Shown here: in pieces, positions 1 through 7,515 of the stretch
Numbering within the stretch: the stretch's first letter is position 1
How the letters are laid out: each line of letters opens with the position of its first letter
Assembly (NCBI GenBank): GCA_038845265.1
Contig: JAWBQR010000016.1
Span: 1 to 21,470 of the forward strand
Source of the DNA: Nitrososphaerota archaeon
GTDB taxonomy: Archaea > Thermoproteota > Nitrososphaeria_A > Caldarchaeales > Calditenuaceae
Direction: 5' to 3'
DNA: 21,470 nt
The notes under the pieces: model-generated
The model's database searches: none
What the model was told of the DNA's origin: nothing
Seen by the model: only the letters and a program-made list of their open reading frames with translations
Translations under genes and position numbers: made by a program

Positions 1-1
1 C

Positions 2-1120
2 TTATTCCTAATTGCATTAATTGGATTTGCTGAATCTATTACTCATTTTGGAGCCATAACTTCTGCCGATAGCATACAGTATTTCAACGTTACTAGATTT
101 TTATTAGGAATACAAATTAATAATTGGGATCCAAAGTTATGGGTAACTAGGCCGCTTATACCCGCTTTAGCGACCCCGCTAAGCCTGATATTAGGACTCC
201 CCGCTGCCTACGGCATTATTAATACCATTTTCGTAATTCTATCCGGTATTCTCTATTATGAGCTTGCTTTCAAATTAACACAATCCAGCAGAGGATCACT
301 AATAGCTTCGATAATGCTTTTAACATCATTTATAACTATTTCATACGGTGCTGCATCAGGAAAAGAAGCTGGAGGGATATTCTTTCAGGTCTTGGTTACT
401 CTCATTGTTTTGAGTTCTCCCAAAGGTTTAATGAAAGCTGCTTTAACAGGATTGATCTCTGGGATTGGTGGACTAGCTTATGAGACAGTTTATGTCAGTG
501 TTGCTTTCGGATTCTTTCTATTTCTATTTAGAAAAAATTACAGAGAAGCATTCATCTATCTATTAGCCTCGCTTATTCCACAGATTATTCCACCAATTAT
601 TGGTGGATATAATATTATTGAAAGATATCTCGTGGCCTCAATTTTGTATGCTAAAAGCATTAATATGTATGATGTATTTACCTGGTTTGACTTAGGTAAT
701 AGAGTATCCCAATTTATCGTAGCAATCTCACCGTTAGGCACAATTGCTTTGTTTATAGGGTTTCTTCTGGAAAAGAGAGAAGAAGCAATGTACATATTTT
801 ACTTAATGTTTATTACCTCACTAATTGCTTGGTTTTCCTGGCCCCCAAATACTGCTAGAATAACCATAGTATTTTTCCACTCAGTCTTTTGGTTAGCAGG
901 ATATGGATGTAAGTCATTGGCAGAACTTTTAGCAAGAAAACCCATATTAAAATATTTGTCAGAAGATACATGGATAGCATTGCTACTTATTACAAATATT
1001 TTATTTAATAATTGGTTAGCTTATCGTTGGTATCTCAATCCCTCATCATACACAAAAACATGGGGACCAGTAGAGGGACTATCAATTCCCAGCAGCGAAA
1101 TGTTAAACTATCAATTATAG
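2..1120 (+). CDS. Multi-pass membrane protein, probable GT-C fold glycosyltransferase (ArnT/PMT-like); 5' end outside the window
   Basis: The frame of ORF 314..1120 is open back to base 2 (LFLIALIGFAESITHFGAITSADSIQYFNVTRFLLG...TRPLIPALATPL...). It has many hydrophobic segments, a D-x-x-x-Y first loop followed by RP-L-P, and internal KE and R motifs, as in GT-C enzymes. The DNA is very AT-rich. Confidence 0.55.
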   Translation, partial: LFLIALIGFAESITHFGAITSADSIQYFNVTRFLLGIQINNWDPKLWVTRPLIPALATPLSLILGLPAAYGIINTIFVILSGILYYELAFKLTQSSRGSLIASIMLLTSFITISYGAASGKEAGGIFFQVLVTLIVLSSPKGLMKAALTGLISGIGGLAYETVYVSVAFGFFLFLFRKNYREAFIYLLASLIPQIIPPIIGGYNIIERYLVASILYAKSINMYDVFTWFDLGNRVSQFIVAISPLGTIALFIGFLLEKREEAMYIFYLMFITSLIAWFSWPPNTARITIVFFHSVFWLAGYGCKSLAELLARKPILKYLSEDTWIALLLITNILFNNWLAYRWYLNPSSYTKTWGPVEGLSIPSSEMLNYQL

Positions 1121-1283
1121 CAAACAATTAATTATTTAATTATTTCATAGAAAATATATTCCTGTCCTCGCATTTTTTAATGTAGTAATGAGTAAGCCGG
1201 GATAGACGATTCGGAGATGAATAGAAACATCGACAAAGAGATGAGGATAACCCAGCAAGAATTATGGGAAAGCATAGAAGAAG

Positions 1284-1321
1284 TGTTAAGCAATTTTTAT
1301 AAAAATTTCAGATGCTTAACA
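1284..1321. repeat. Nested inverted repeat: 9-bp arms TGTTAAGCA / TGCTTAACA around a perfect AT-only palindrome AATTTTTATAAAAATT (1292-1307)
   Basis: Read directly: 1284-1292 tgttaagca and 1313-1321 tgcttaaca are reverse complements, and 1292-1307 is self-complementary. Confidence 0.75.
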
Positions 1322-1357
1322 GACGAATACCAGAACGAGCCGAGCCCAATAAATGGT

Positions 1358-1375
1358 AAAAGAGCTTTTTATATA
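1358..1375 (+). promoter_or_regulatory. BRE/TATA promoter of the first wHTH gene
   Basis: Purine-rich aaaagag followed by TTTATATA (1368-1375), about 29 nt upstream of ATG 1397, the typical leaderless archaeal spacing. Confidence 0.6.
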
Positions 1376-1396
1376 GCCTCAAAGAATAAATACGTG

Positions 1397-1888
1397 ATGA
1401 ATGATAAGATGAGGCTAAGCCTCCAGTACGGAGACCTGAAGGCAGACTTTGAAGGCACACCAGAAGAAGTTACAAAGCTTCTAATAAGGTTCCTCGAGCA
1501 GAACATCCCAACGTACTCAATCGCCCGCAGAATAACACTGACAGTCGACCTTGAATCCCTAGTAGACGCGGTCGAGACATATATCGGGTACAGCAAGGAT
1601 GACGGATTCTTCCTAAAGCCAGGATTCCAGCAACTCCCATCATCAGACCAGATTCTACTCCTACTAGCGAAGCGCTACCTAGAAAACATCTGGGGAATAA
1701 CACAGACACCAGCCATGAGTATGCGCGAAATATCCGAAAAACTAGGACTAAAAGAAGGAACATCATCATCAAGACTCACAGAACTAATAAGAAAAGGAAT
1801 GGTGAGAAGACTTGAGAGAGGCGACTACACAATCACGACTCTAGGCCTCCAAGAACTCATGAAGCTAAAAAAACAAGAAAAACCCTAG
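1397..1888 (+). CDS. Winged-helix DNA-binding protein (paralog A): N-terminal beta-hairpin/helix module plus C-terminal wHTH
   Basis: The C-terminal MSMREISEKLGLKEGTSSSRLTELIRKGMVRRLERGDYTITTLG is a classic wHTH. The start is moved from 1217 to ATG 1397 because of the TATA box position. Confidence 0.75.
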   Translation: MNDKMRLSLQYGDLKADFEGTPEEVTKLLIRFLEQNIPTYSIARRITLTVDLESLVDAVETYIGYSKDDGFFLKPGFQQLPSSDQILLLLAKRYLENIWGITQTPAMSMREISEKLGLKEGTSSSRLTELIRKGMVRRLERGDYTITTLGLQELMKLKKQEKP

Positions 1889-2328
1889 GCCACCTCAGCG
1901 CCCAGGCCGCCCTCACCCTGCTTCTCCTCGACCTCGCCACCAACAACTGCCTCCCTCCCCTGCCTCGCCCGATACGTATACCTACGAGGCACACCCTCCC
2001 TCACAAGCCGCTCCTCCCTAACCAAATCAAGAAGACCATGCGCAATAGCCGTCGAATCATAAGAATACCCCCTACGCCCAATCTCAGCCACCACATCCGA
2101 CAAACTCCTCGAAACCGAAAACCAACCCTCATCAATAAGACGCTCCAAAATATCCCGACAAGTAGTCACCCTACGCCGCTCCCCAACAACCCTACCCTCA
2201 ACCTCCTGACGACCCAGAGCCGCAACAACCCTCCTAACCGCCTCCTCAAGCTGATCAGGAGAAGCCTCAATCTCGACCGTCGCATTCCCGACCGTAATCT
2301 TAACCCTTATACGCTCACTGGTGTTCAT
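1885..2328 (-). CDS. Winged-helix DNA-binding protein (paralog B): same N-terminal module plus C-terminal wHTH
   Basis: CRDILERLIDEGWFSVSRSLSDVVAEIGRRGYSYDSTAIAHGLLDLVREERLVREGVPRRYTY fits a wHTH. The start is placed at ATG 2328 (MNTSERIRV), 28 nt downstream of TTTATTAA on the minus strand; ATG 2337 is an alternative. Confidence 0.7.
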   Translation of the reverse strand: MNTSERIRVKITVGNATVEIEASPDQLEEAVRRVVAALGRQEVEGRVVGERRRVTTCRDILERLIDEGWFSVSRSLSDVVAEIGRRGYSYDSTAIAHGLLDLVREERLVREGVPRRYTYRARQGREAVVGGEVEEKQGEGGLGAEVA

Positions 2329-2347
2329 TTTGACCATCTTGCGCAAC

Positions 2348-2356
2348 ATTAATAAA
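2348..2356. promoter_or_regulatory. Possible bidirectional TATA element shared by wHTH-B and nurA
   Basis: ATTAATAAA (+) / TTTATTAAT (-) is the only AT-only run in the 47-bp gap between the divergent starts at 2328 and 2376, and lies about 28 nt from each. Confidence 0.45.
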
Positions 2357-2375
2357 CAACCAACAACAACTAGTA

Positions 2376-3374
2376 ATGGCGACAAAAGCGATGATGAACA
2401 ACATAATGCTCAACCTGAACACCAATATTCAACAAGAAATGCGCCTATTTATGGATTACTCAGAAGAATGCACACTAACAATCCAACAACTCAAAAACAC
2501 AAGAATCAAAGAAACAATGAAAAAACCAAACCTCAACGAAAACGAAGAAGACAACACACAACTACTAATAGAGCCAAAAAACATCAAACCCATAAAAATC
2601 ACACCAACAGAACAAAAACACACAATCGCAATAGACGCATCAGTCATAAGACTAGCAGACTCAGCAAAAGGCACCGTAATAGCACTAAGAGGAGCAATAA
2701 TACATCGATCAAACAACATAAAAGTCGAGATCATCGGACCAATGATAAGGTTCATCAGCTACGAAGGCATGACAACCATAACAAACATAGAAACAACAAT
2801 CAAGACAGAACTAAAAATCTTCGAAAGACTAATACAACACTACGCAGCAACAAAAAACAAAAACGCAATAATACTACTAGACCATTCACTCACAATCACG
2901 CCCGACAAGCCCGGCAACCTACTCATAGACATACTTGAAAACGCCAGAAACAACTCAAACATAGTCATGGCATTCTCAAAAGACAGCGGCATAATACTAT
3001 CAGGAAAAACGCTATTCAGCATAGACGCAAACGCAGAGCCACCATTCATAATCGACCTGACAGATTCCATCAAGTACAAGACAACAACACTAAGACTCGC
3101 AGGAAGCACATACCTATCAAGACTCTCAAAACAAATGTTCCCATACCGCGTAGATGTTTATCCACGCACAGCAGCGCTACACGGCTTCGGATCTCTAATC
3201 CTATCAGATGCACTAATATATGGATATCCAGAGACGCTCTCGATCGCTCATTCAATGTGCTCCTTCACTTGGCTCGACGTAGTTGGACTTCAGAGAGCGC
3301 TTGTAAAAGATACTTCAGCAATCCTCATAGATGAGCCTGAATGCAGGACTGCTATATTATCACCATTCTCATAA
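2376..3374 (+). CDS. nurA: NurA-family 5'-3' nuclease (RNase H fold)
   Basis: Motifs IAIDAS (canonical AxDGS), FERL, ILLDHSL (canonical DGSL), FSKDS, YRVD and GYPETLSIAH (GYPxxLxxAH). It lies directly upstream of herA. The exact start is uncertain (2376, 2391, 2394 or later). Confidence 0.85.
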   Translation: MATKAMMNNIMLNLNTNIQQEMRLFMDYSEECTLTIQQLKNTRIKETMKKPNLNENEEDNTQLLIEPKNIKPIKITPTEQKHTIAIDASVIRLADSAKGTVIALRGAIIHRSNNIKVEIIGPMIRFISYEGMTTITNIETTIKTELKIFERLIQHYAATKNKNAIILLDHSLTITPDKPGNLLIDILENARNNSNIVMAFSKDSGIILSGKTLFSIDANAEPPFIIDLTDSIKYKTTTLRLAGSTYLSRLSKQMFPYRVDVYPRTAALHGFGSLILSDALIYGYPETLSIAHSMCSFTWLDVVGLQRALVKDTSAILIDEPECRTAILSPFS

Positions 3375-3384
3375 ATGATGAGAA

Positions 3385-4836
3385 TTGAAGATCCTTCGAA
3401 AGCATAACAATACAGTCGAGATCCTTACTCTGCCCGGAGATGCTGAATTAGAGAGAGGAGATTTTTTGCTTGCAAGTGAGGGAGAAAAGTCCTTATTACT
3501 TCAGGTTATAGATGAGGAGTATGCAGATATACCTGGAGTTTTAGAAGATCTTTTAAGAGAGATATCCATCGAGTCGATGGATGAGACTAGGCTCTTTGAT
3601 CCATTTAACATATCTTCACTGACAATGGTAATTAGAGATTCGAGAATAATCCTCACGAAGATAAGAGCAGTCATAGATAATGGACGATTATCCATGGGCA
3701 AGGTCTGGATGCCCTCAAGATTTAATGCAAGACTAGTAAAGGCAAGTGTCAATGATGTTTTAAAAATTTTGGGAGGAAGAACGACAATACCTATACTAAT
3801 CGGAGATGCGGGAGGCGAAGAGTTTTACATAGATGCAACGGAGCTTGAGGGAAAGCTTTCAATTATAACTGGTAAGAAGGAATCGGGAAAATCACATTTA
3901 GCGAAGATTTTAGCCACAGGGCTTACGACCCAAGGTGGAAGAGTGATTGTCTTTGATCTAAATGGTGAATATGTCAATCTGGGATTGCTTAAGTCTGGTA
4001 AGAGACACCCAGTAATGAGTGATAAAATTGTTGTCTTGGAGCCGACGATAAACTTTAGGGTTGGCATATCAGACATGGATCTAAATGTTATTCTGGACAT
4101 ACTTGAGCATGTATACGGTACTCCTATTACTAGTCTCCGCGAGTTTGCTAGGATATGGAACACCCTAACGAGCAGGGGAACAATTTCCCCGCACGAGCTG
4201 ATTAACGCTGTAAGCAGATTTCCTATGAACGAAGCAGTAAGGGAGGCGCTGCTTAGTCGTTTATCTTCATTAATGAATTCTGGTTTTTTCATTGATGGTA
4301 AAGGAGATGGCTTGCTAGAGATTTTCTCTGAGCATGATGATGGTTTGTTACTTGTGATTAATTTAAGCAAGGTATCACCTCAGATTCGTCGAGTAGTGGT
4401 TGAGTATTTACTGAGTAGGCTGAGTTCGTTGCTGTTTTCAGGAACTATCCAGCCAATATTTCTTTTTGCTGAAGAGGCACACTTATACCTGAGGAATACA
4501 TATTGGGAAGATATAGTTACGAGGATGAGGCATATAGGTATATCTCCAGTATTCATTACTAATCAGCCCGACACTATTCCAGAATTGATTTATCGTCAAG
4601 CCGACAATATTTTTTTATTCAATTTTACGAATGAGGCAGACTTAGAAGCGATTGCAAAGTATAGTCATGTTGATTCAGACACGATTAAGAAGATTTCTCC
4701 GTATCTTCAGAAGGGACAGGCCATAGTTATTGGGAAAGTAGTGTGTGGAATTCCAATTGTTCTGAATGTTAAGGATGTAGAATTGAACATGATGGGGGAG
4801 ACGAAGCTATTTTTTAAGGCAAAACAAACTAATTAG
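3385..4836 (+). CDS. herA: HerA/FtsK-superfamily ATPase (N-terminal HAS-barrel-like region plus DUF87 ATPase)
   Basis: Walker A ITGKKESGKSH, FDLNGEY, Walker B FLFAEEAH, arginine-finger region TRMRHIG and ITNQP. TTG start 10 nt after the nurA stop. Confidence 0.88.
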   Translation: MKILRKHNNTVEILTLPGDAELERGDFLLASEGEKSLLLQVIDEEYADIPGVLEDLLREISIESMDETRLFDPFNISSLTMVIRDSRIILTKIRAVIDNGRLSMGKVWMPSRFNARLVKASVNDVLKILGGRTTIPILIGDAGGEEFYIDATELEGKLSIITGKKESGKSHLAKILATGLTTQGGRVIVFDLNGEYVNLGLLKSGKRHPVMSDKIVVLEPTINFRVGISDMDLNVILDILEHVYGTPITSLREFARIWNTLTSRGTISPHELINAVSRFPMNEAVREALLSRLSSLMNSGFFIDGKGDGLLEIFSEHDDGLLLVINLSKVSPQIRRVVVEYLLSRLSSLLFSGTIQPIFLFAEEAHLYLRNTYWEDIVTRMRHIGISPVFITNQPDTIPELIYRQADNIFLFNFTNEADLEAIAKYSHVDSDTIKKISPYLQKGQAIVIGKVVCGIPIVLNVKDVELNMMGETKLFFKAKQTN

Positions 4837-4843
4837 TAGTAAT

Positions 4844-5506
4844 ATGCAAGCAGGTCTCGTGAGGATTCCTGAAGAGATACGTTTCGAGCTGTTAAGATTA
4901 TATGTAGGCATAGAAGATATTATCAAGTCTAGGTTATTAGAGTTCCAGAATTTTGACAAGAATGATGTTGAGAAGTTGTTTTCAGAGATGAGTTTTTGCG
5001 TCCTTACTCCACAGTCAAGAGCAAAAAGTGCTGACGCAGCTGTGAGAGAGTTGGTTAAGGATGGATTATTGTTTAATGGCACATATCATCAAGTTGCTGA
5101 CGTTTTAAGAAAATGGAATGTGAGGTTTTATGAGGCTAAGGCTCGTTATATAGTTCATAATAGGTATCTCCTTAAGGATAATGGAGCTATTTTGAAAAGT
5201 GCGTTAAGACTTAACTCTTTTGAATGTAGAGAGTTTTTGGTAGAAAAAGTTTGGGGCTTCGGATATAAAGAGGCTTCTCATTTCTTAAGGAATATTGGAT
5301 TCACGGGTTTAGCGATTCTTGATAGACATATCCTTAGGAATATGAAGTATATGGGTGTCATAGATGAGGTGCCTAAATCATTGACTCGTAGCCGTTACTT
5401 TAAACTTGAGCAGATATTCATTGCTGCGGCCTACTCACTTGGGATAAGTCCTGAAAGTCTTGATTTACTGCTTTGGTATCGCTCGACAGGTGAAGTATTC
5501 AAATGA
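4844..5506 (+). CDS. ogg: 8-oxoguanine DNA glycosylase/AP lyase (OGG2 type)
   Basis: EMSFCVLTPQS, HhH motif GFGYKEASHFLRNIG, AILDRHILR and the terminal ...TGEVFK lysine characteristic of OGG2. Confidence 0.93.
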   Translation: MQAGLVRIPEEIRFELLRLYVGIEDIIKSRLLEFQNFDKNDVEKLFSEMSFCVLTPQSRAKSADAAVRELVKDGLLFNGTYHQVADVLRKWNVRFYEAKARYIVHNRYLLKDNGAILKSALRLNSFECREFLVEKVWGFGYKEASHFLRNIGFTGLAILDRHILRNMKYMGVIDEVPKSLTRSRYFKLEQIFIAAAYSLGISPESLDLLLWYRSTGEVFK

Positions 5507-6468
5507 GCGCCTGTACATGGTCAGGCCAGAGCGGTATTAATCCGTCTGATGATCTTTTGGATTTTCTTAGGAGACTACCTGATATGGATATTGATGCATA
5601 TTTAGAGGCGGCCTCGAAACCTCTTCCTGAATGTTTCAGGATCAATACTCTTAAACTTCCGGAGGAACGAGTGAAAAACTTACTAAAGGATAGGGGATGG
5701 AGTTTTGTAAAGATTCCTTGGGCTAGATTTGGTTACAGGTTGATGAGTGGCCCAGAGAGTGGGTTGGGTCTGTCTATGGAACATATGTTGGGACTTATTT
5801 ATGTTCAGGGTCCTGTATCTATGCTTCCAGCCGAAGTGCTAGAGCCCAAGCCTGGGACCGCCGTGCTTGATTTATGTGCATCACCAGGTAGTAAGTCTAC
5901 TCAGCTTGCACAATTGATGAATAATGAGGGGATACTTGTGTGTAATGATATTTCGGCTACCAGGATAAAACCACTTGTAGCCAATCTTCAGAGATGTGGA
6001 GTAATTAATGTCATTATTGTTCAATCCGATGGTCGGCTATTCCGAAACTGGTGTAAAGAACAATTTGACAATGTGTTGGTAGATGCACCATGTAGCTCCT
6101 TAGGAATATTATCAAAGGACTGGTCCGCTGCAAATAGATATTCAGAAAAACTCTCAAGAAGAATTAGCAGACTCCAGCAGTCTCTTCTAATATCGGCATA
6201 TGATTGTCTGAAGCCTGGCGGACTCCTAGTTTACTCTACCTGTACGATTCATCCATTAGAAAATGAATGGGTGGTTACTCATTTACTGGATGAGAGGAGT
6301 GATGCTAAATTGTTGCCGGTCTCTGGGAATGGACTGAAATCACGGAAACCCCTTGAAGAGTGGGCAGGTGTAAAGTTCTCATCAGAGATAAAAAATTGCT
6401 TTAAGTGCTATCCACATGATAATGATGCTGAGGGGTTCTTTATCGCAAAAATTAAGAAGGAGATGTAA
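5503..6468 (+). CDS. RsmB/NOP2/RsmF-family RNA (cytosine-5) methyltransferase
   Basis: FRINTLK, SAM motif VLDLCASPGSKSTQ, and the two catalytic Cys motifs VDAPCS and VYSTCT; ENE; GFFIAKI. ATGA overlap with ogg. Confidence 0.93.
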   Translation: MSACTWSGQSGINPSDDLLDFLRRLPDMDIDAYLEAASKPLPECFRINTLKLPEERVKNLLKDRGWSFVKIPWARFGYRLMSGPESGLGLSMEHMLGLIYVQGPVSMLPAEVLEPKPGTAVLDLCASPGSKSTQLAQLMNNEGILVCNDISATRIKPLVANLQRCGVINVIIVQSDGRLFRNWCKEQFDNVLVDAPCSSLGILSKDWSAANRYSEKLSRRISRLQQSLLISAYDCLKPGGLLVYSTCTIHPLENEWVVTHLLDERSDAKLLPVSGNGLKSRKPLEEWAGVKFSSEIKNCFKCYPHDNDAEGFFIAKIKKEM

Positions 6469-6471
6469 ATC

Positions 6472-6948
6472 ATGAAGGGAGTACTGACTGAGGAAGAGAA
6501 AAAGAAAGTAGAAGAACTTTTAGAGAATCAATACGGGATTAGTAATGCATTAAAAAACTACGTAGCCATAGTAAGTGGTGAAAACAGGATAAGAATCACT
6601 CATAAAGATGTCTTAGAATTTTCTTGGAAACTTAAAGGAGTTGTGAATATTGGTTTATACATAGCAAAACTCGCTGAGAACGAGGTGTCATTATCGATTG
6701 AGGGGACACAGCTTTTTTCGGGCCTAATTAGGAAAAATATAATTAATCTGACCATAGACGAGGCTGAGAAATGGATGCGCGGTGAGACTTTAAGGATTGA
6801 GAACGTTTCAAACTCTAGATACGTTGTCGCTAAATTTGATGACATTTTTTTGGGTACTGGGAGAGTCGGTAAAGATGGACTTATTTATCCACAAATACCG
6901 AAAAACCGCCTTACTGCTCAGAATCTAAGATCCGCTGAGAATCTTTGA
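6472..6948 (+). CDS. PUA-like RNA-binding protein (RsmF C-terminal domain / NIP7-like partner of the m5C methyltransferase)
   Basis: GLYIAK...LSIEGTQL...EAEKWMRGE...FLGTG...IPK pattern; starts 3 nt after the methyltransferase stop. Confidence 0.7.
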   Translation: MKGVLTEEEKKKVEELLENQYGISNALKNYVAIVSGENRIRITHKDVLEFSWKLKGVVNIGLYIAKLAENEVSLSIEGTQLFSGLIRKNIINLTIDEAEKWMRGETLRIENVSNSRYVVAKFDDIFLGTGRVGKDGLIYPQIPKNRLTAQNLRSAENL

Positions 6949-7500
6949 TTTTACTTCTTCAACGTGTCTTGGTAGCGAGCTCATAATCTCGCTTGCAAGA
7001 AGCGAGAATTGAAAAGTTGTTCCGTCATGTGGAAGGCTCTGATAGTATGCGGAAATATGTTCACCTCTCAGGCGCTCGTCAGTCGGAGCTGCCGCCTCTG
7101 ACATAGGAACCTCTAATCCGGCGTCTATCACTCCTTTTATCGCTGCAAAGACTCTTGAACCGGGGACCGGACTATATCTGCCAATATCTGCGATAGCTTT
7201 CGTTATGCCCATCTCTACAGCCTTTTTACCCGCAATAAGTCCGGTTAGATATGCTGCTGGAATATTCTTAGTCCCAGCCTTCCAGCCATAAGAGGAGAGC
7301 AGTTTCGAAGTTACAGTCAACAGTGTACGATCTCCGCCAGGCCTTGACTCTACTATCTGGATAGTCATGTATCTATTAGAGCGCCTCACCACTACGCGAG
7401 GCAAACCAGACTTCACTAGTTTTAGACGTAGTCTATAGTCAGTTATGCCCATACGTTTTCTCCGCGGAGGAAACCTACGATAAAAGACCCGCTTTGGCAT
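6925..7500 (-). CDS. rpl18: 50S ribosomal protein L18 (uL18)
   Basis: TDYRLRLKLVKSGLPRVVVRRSNRY, NIPAAYLTGL, DIG, GSRVFAAIKGVIDAGLEVP, GEHI. Confidence 0.96.
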   Translation of the reverse strand: MPKRVFYRRFPPRRKRMGITDYRLRLKLVKSGLPRVVVRRSNRYMTIQIVESRPGGDRTLLTVTSKLLSSYGWKAGTKNIPAAYLTGLIAGKKAVEMGITKAIADIGRYSPVPGSRVFAAIKGVIDAGLEVPMSEAAAPTDERLRGEHISAYYQSLPHDGTTFQFSLLASEIMSSLPRHVEEVKSKILSGS

Positions 7501-7515
7501 ATCTTACACACCACA

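Noticed and set aside
1217-1396. 60-aa N-terminal extension of wHTH-A in the ORF track
   Set aside because: A good BRE/TATA sits at 1358-1375 inside it, and the shared N-terminal module begins right after ATG 1397.
2353-2370. CAA-type microsatellite (aaacaaccaacaacaac) and similar runs as a repeat array or CRISPR
   Set aside because: Short and irregular, with no repeat-spacer periodicity; explained by the A+C skew.
2321-2938. 205-aa alternative-frame ORF overlapping nurA (and the 104-aa ORF at 2038..2352)
   Set aside because: Low-complexity T/N/K/R/H/P sequence. The plus strand here has very little T, so stop codons are rare and long shadow frames are expected.
1121-4000. Canonical ORB-type replication origin or dif site
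   Set aside because: I found no ORB/G-string repeats, no cdc6/orc1 or xer gene, no long intergenic unwinding element at the skew flip, and no 11-6-11 dif consensus.
3825-4370. 181-aa antisense ORF within herA, and the other antisense ORFs within moeA, cofE, the surface protein, modAB and apgM
   Set aside because: They lie wholly opposite well-supported genes and have no recognisable motifs.
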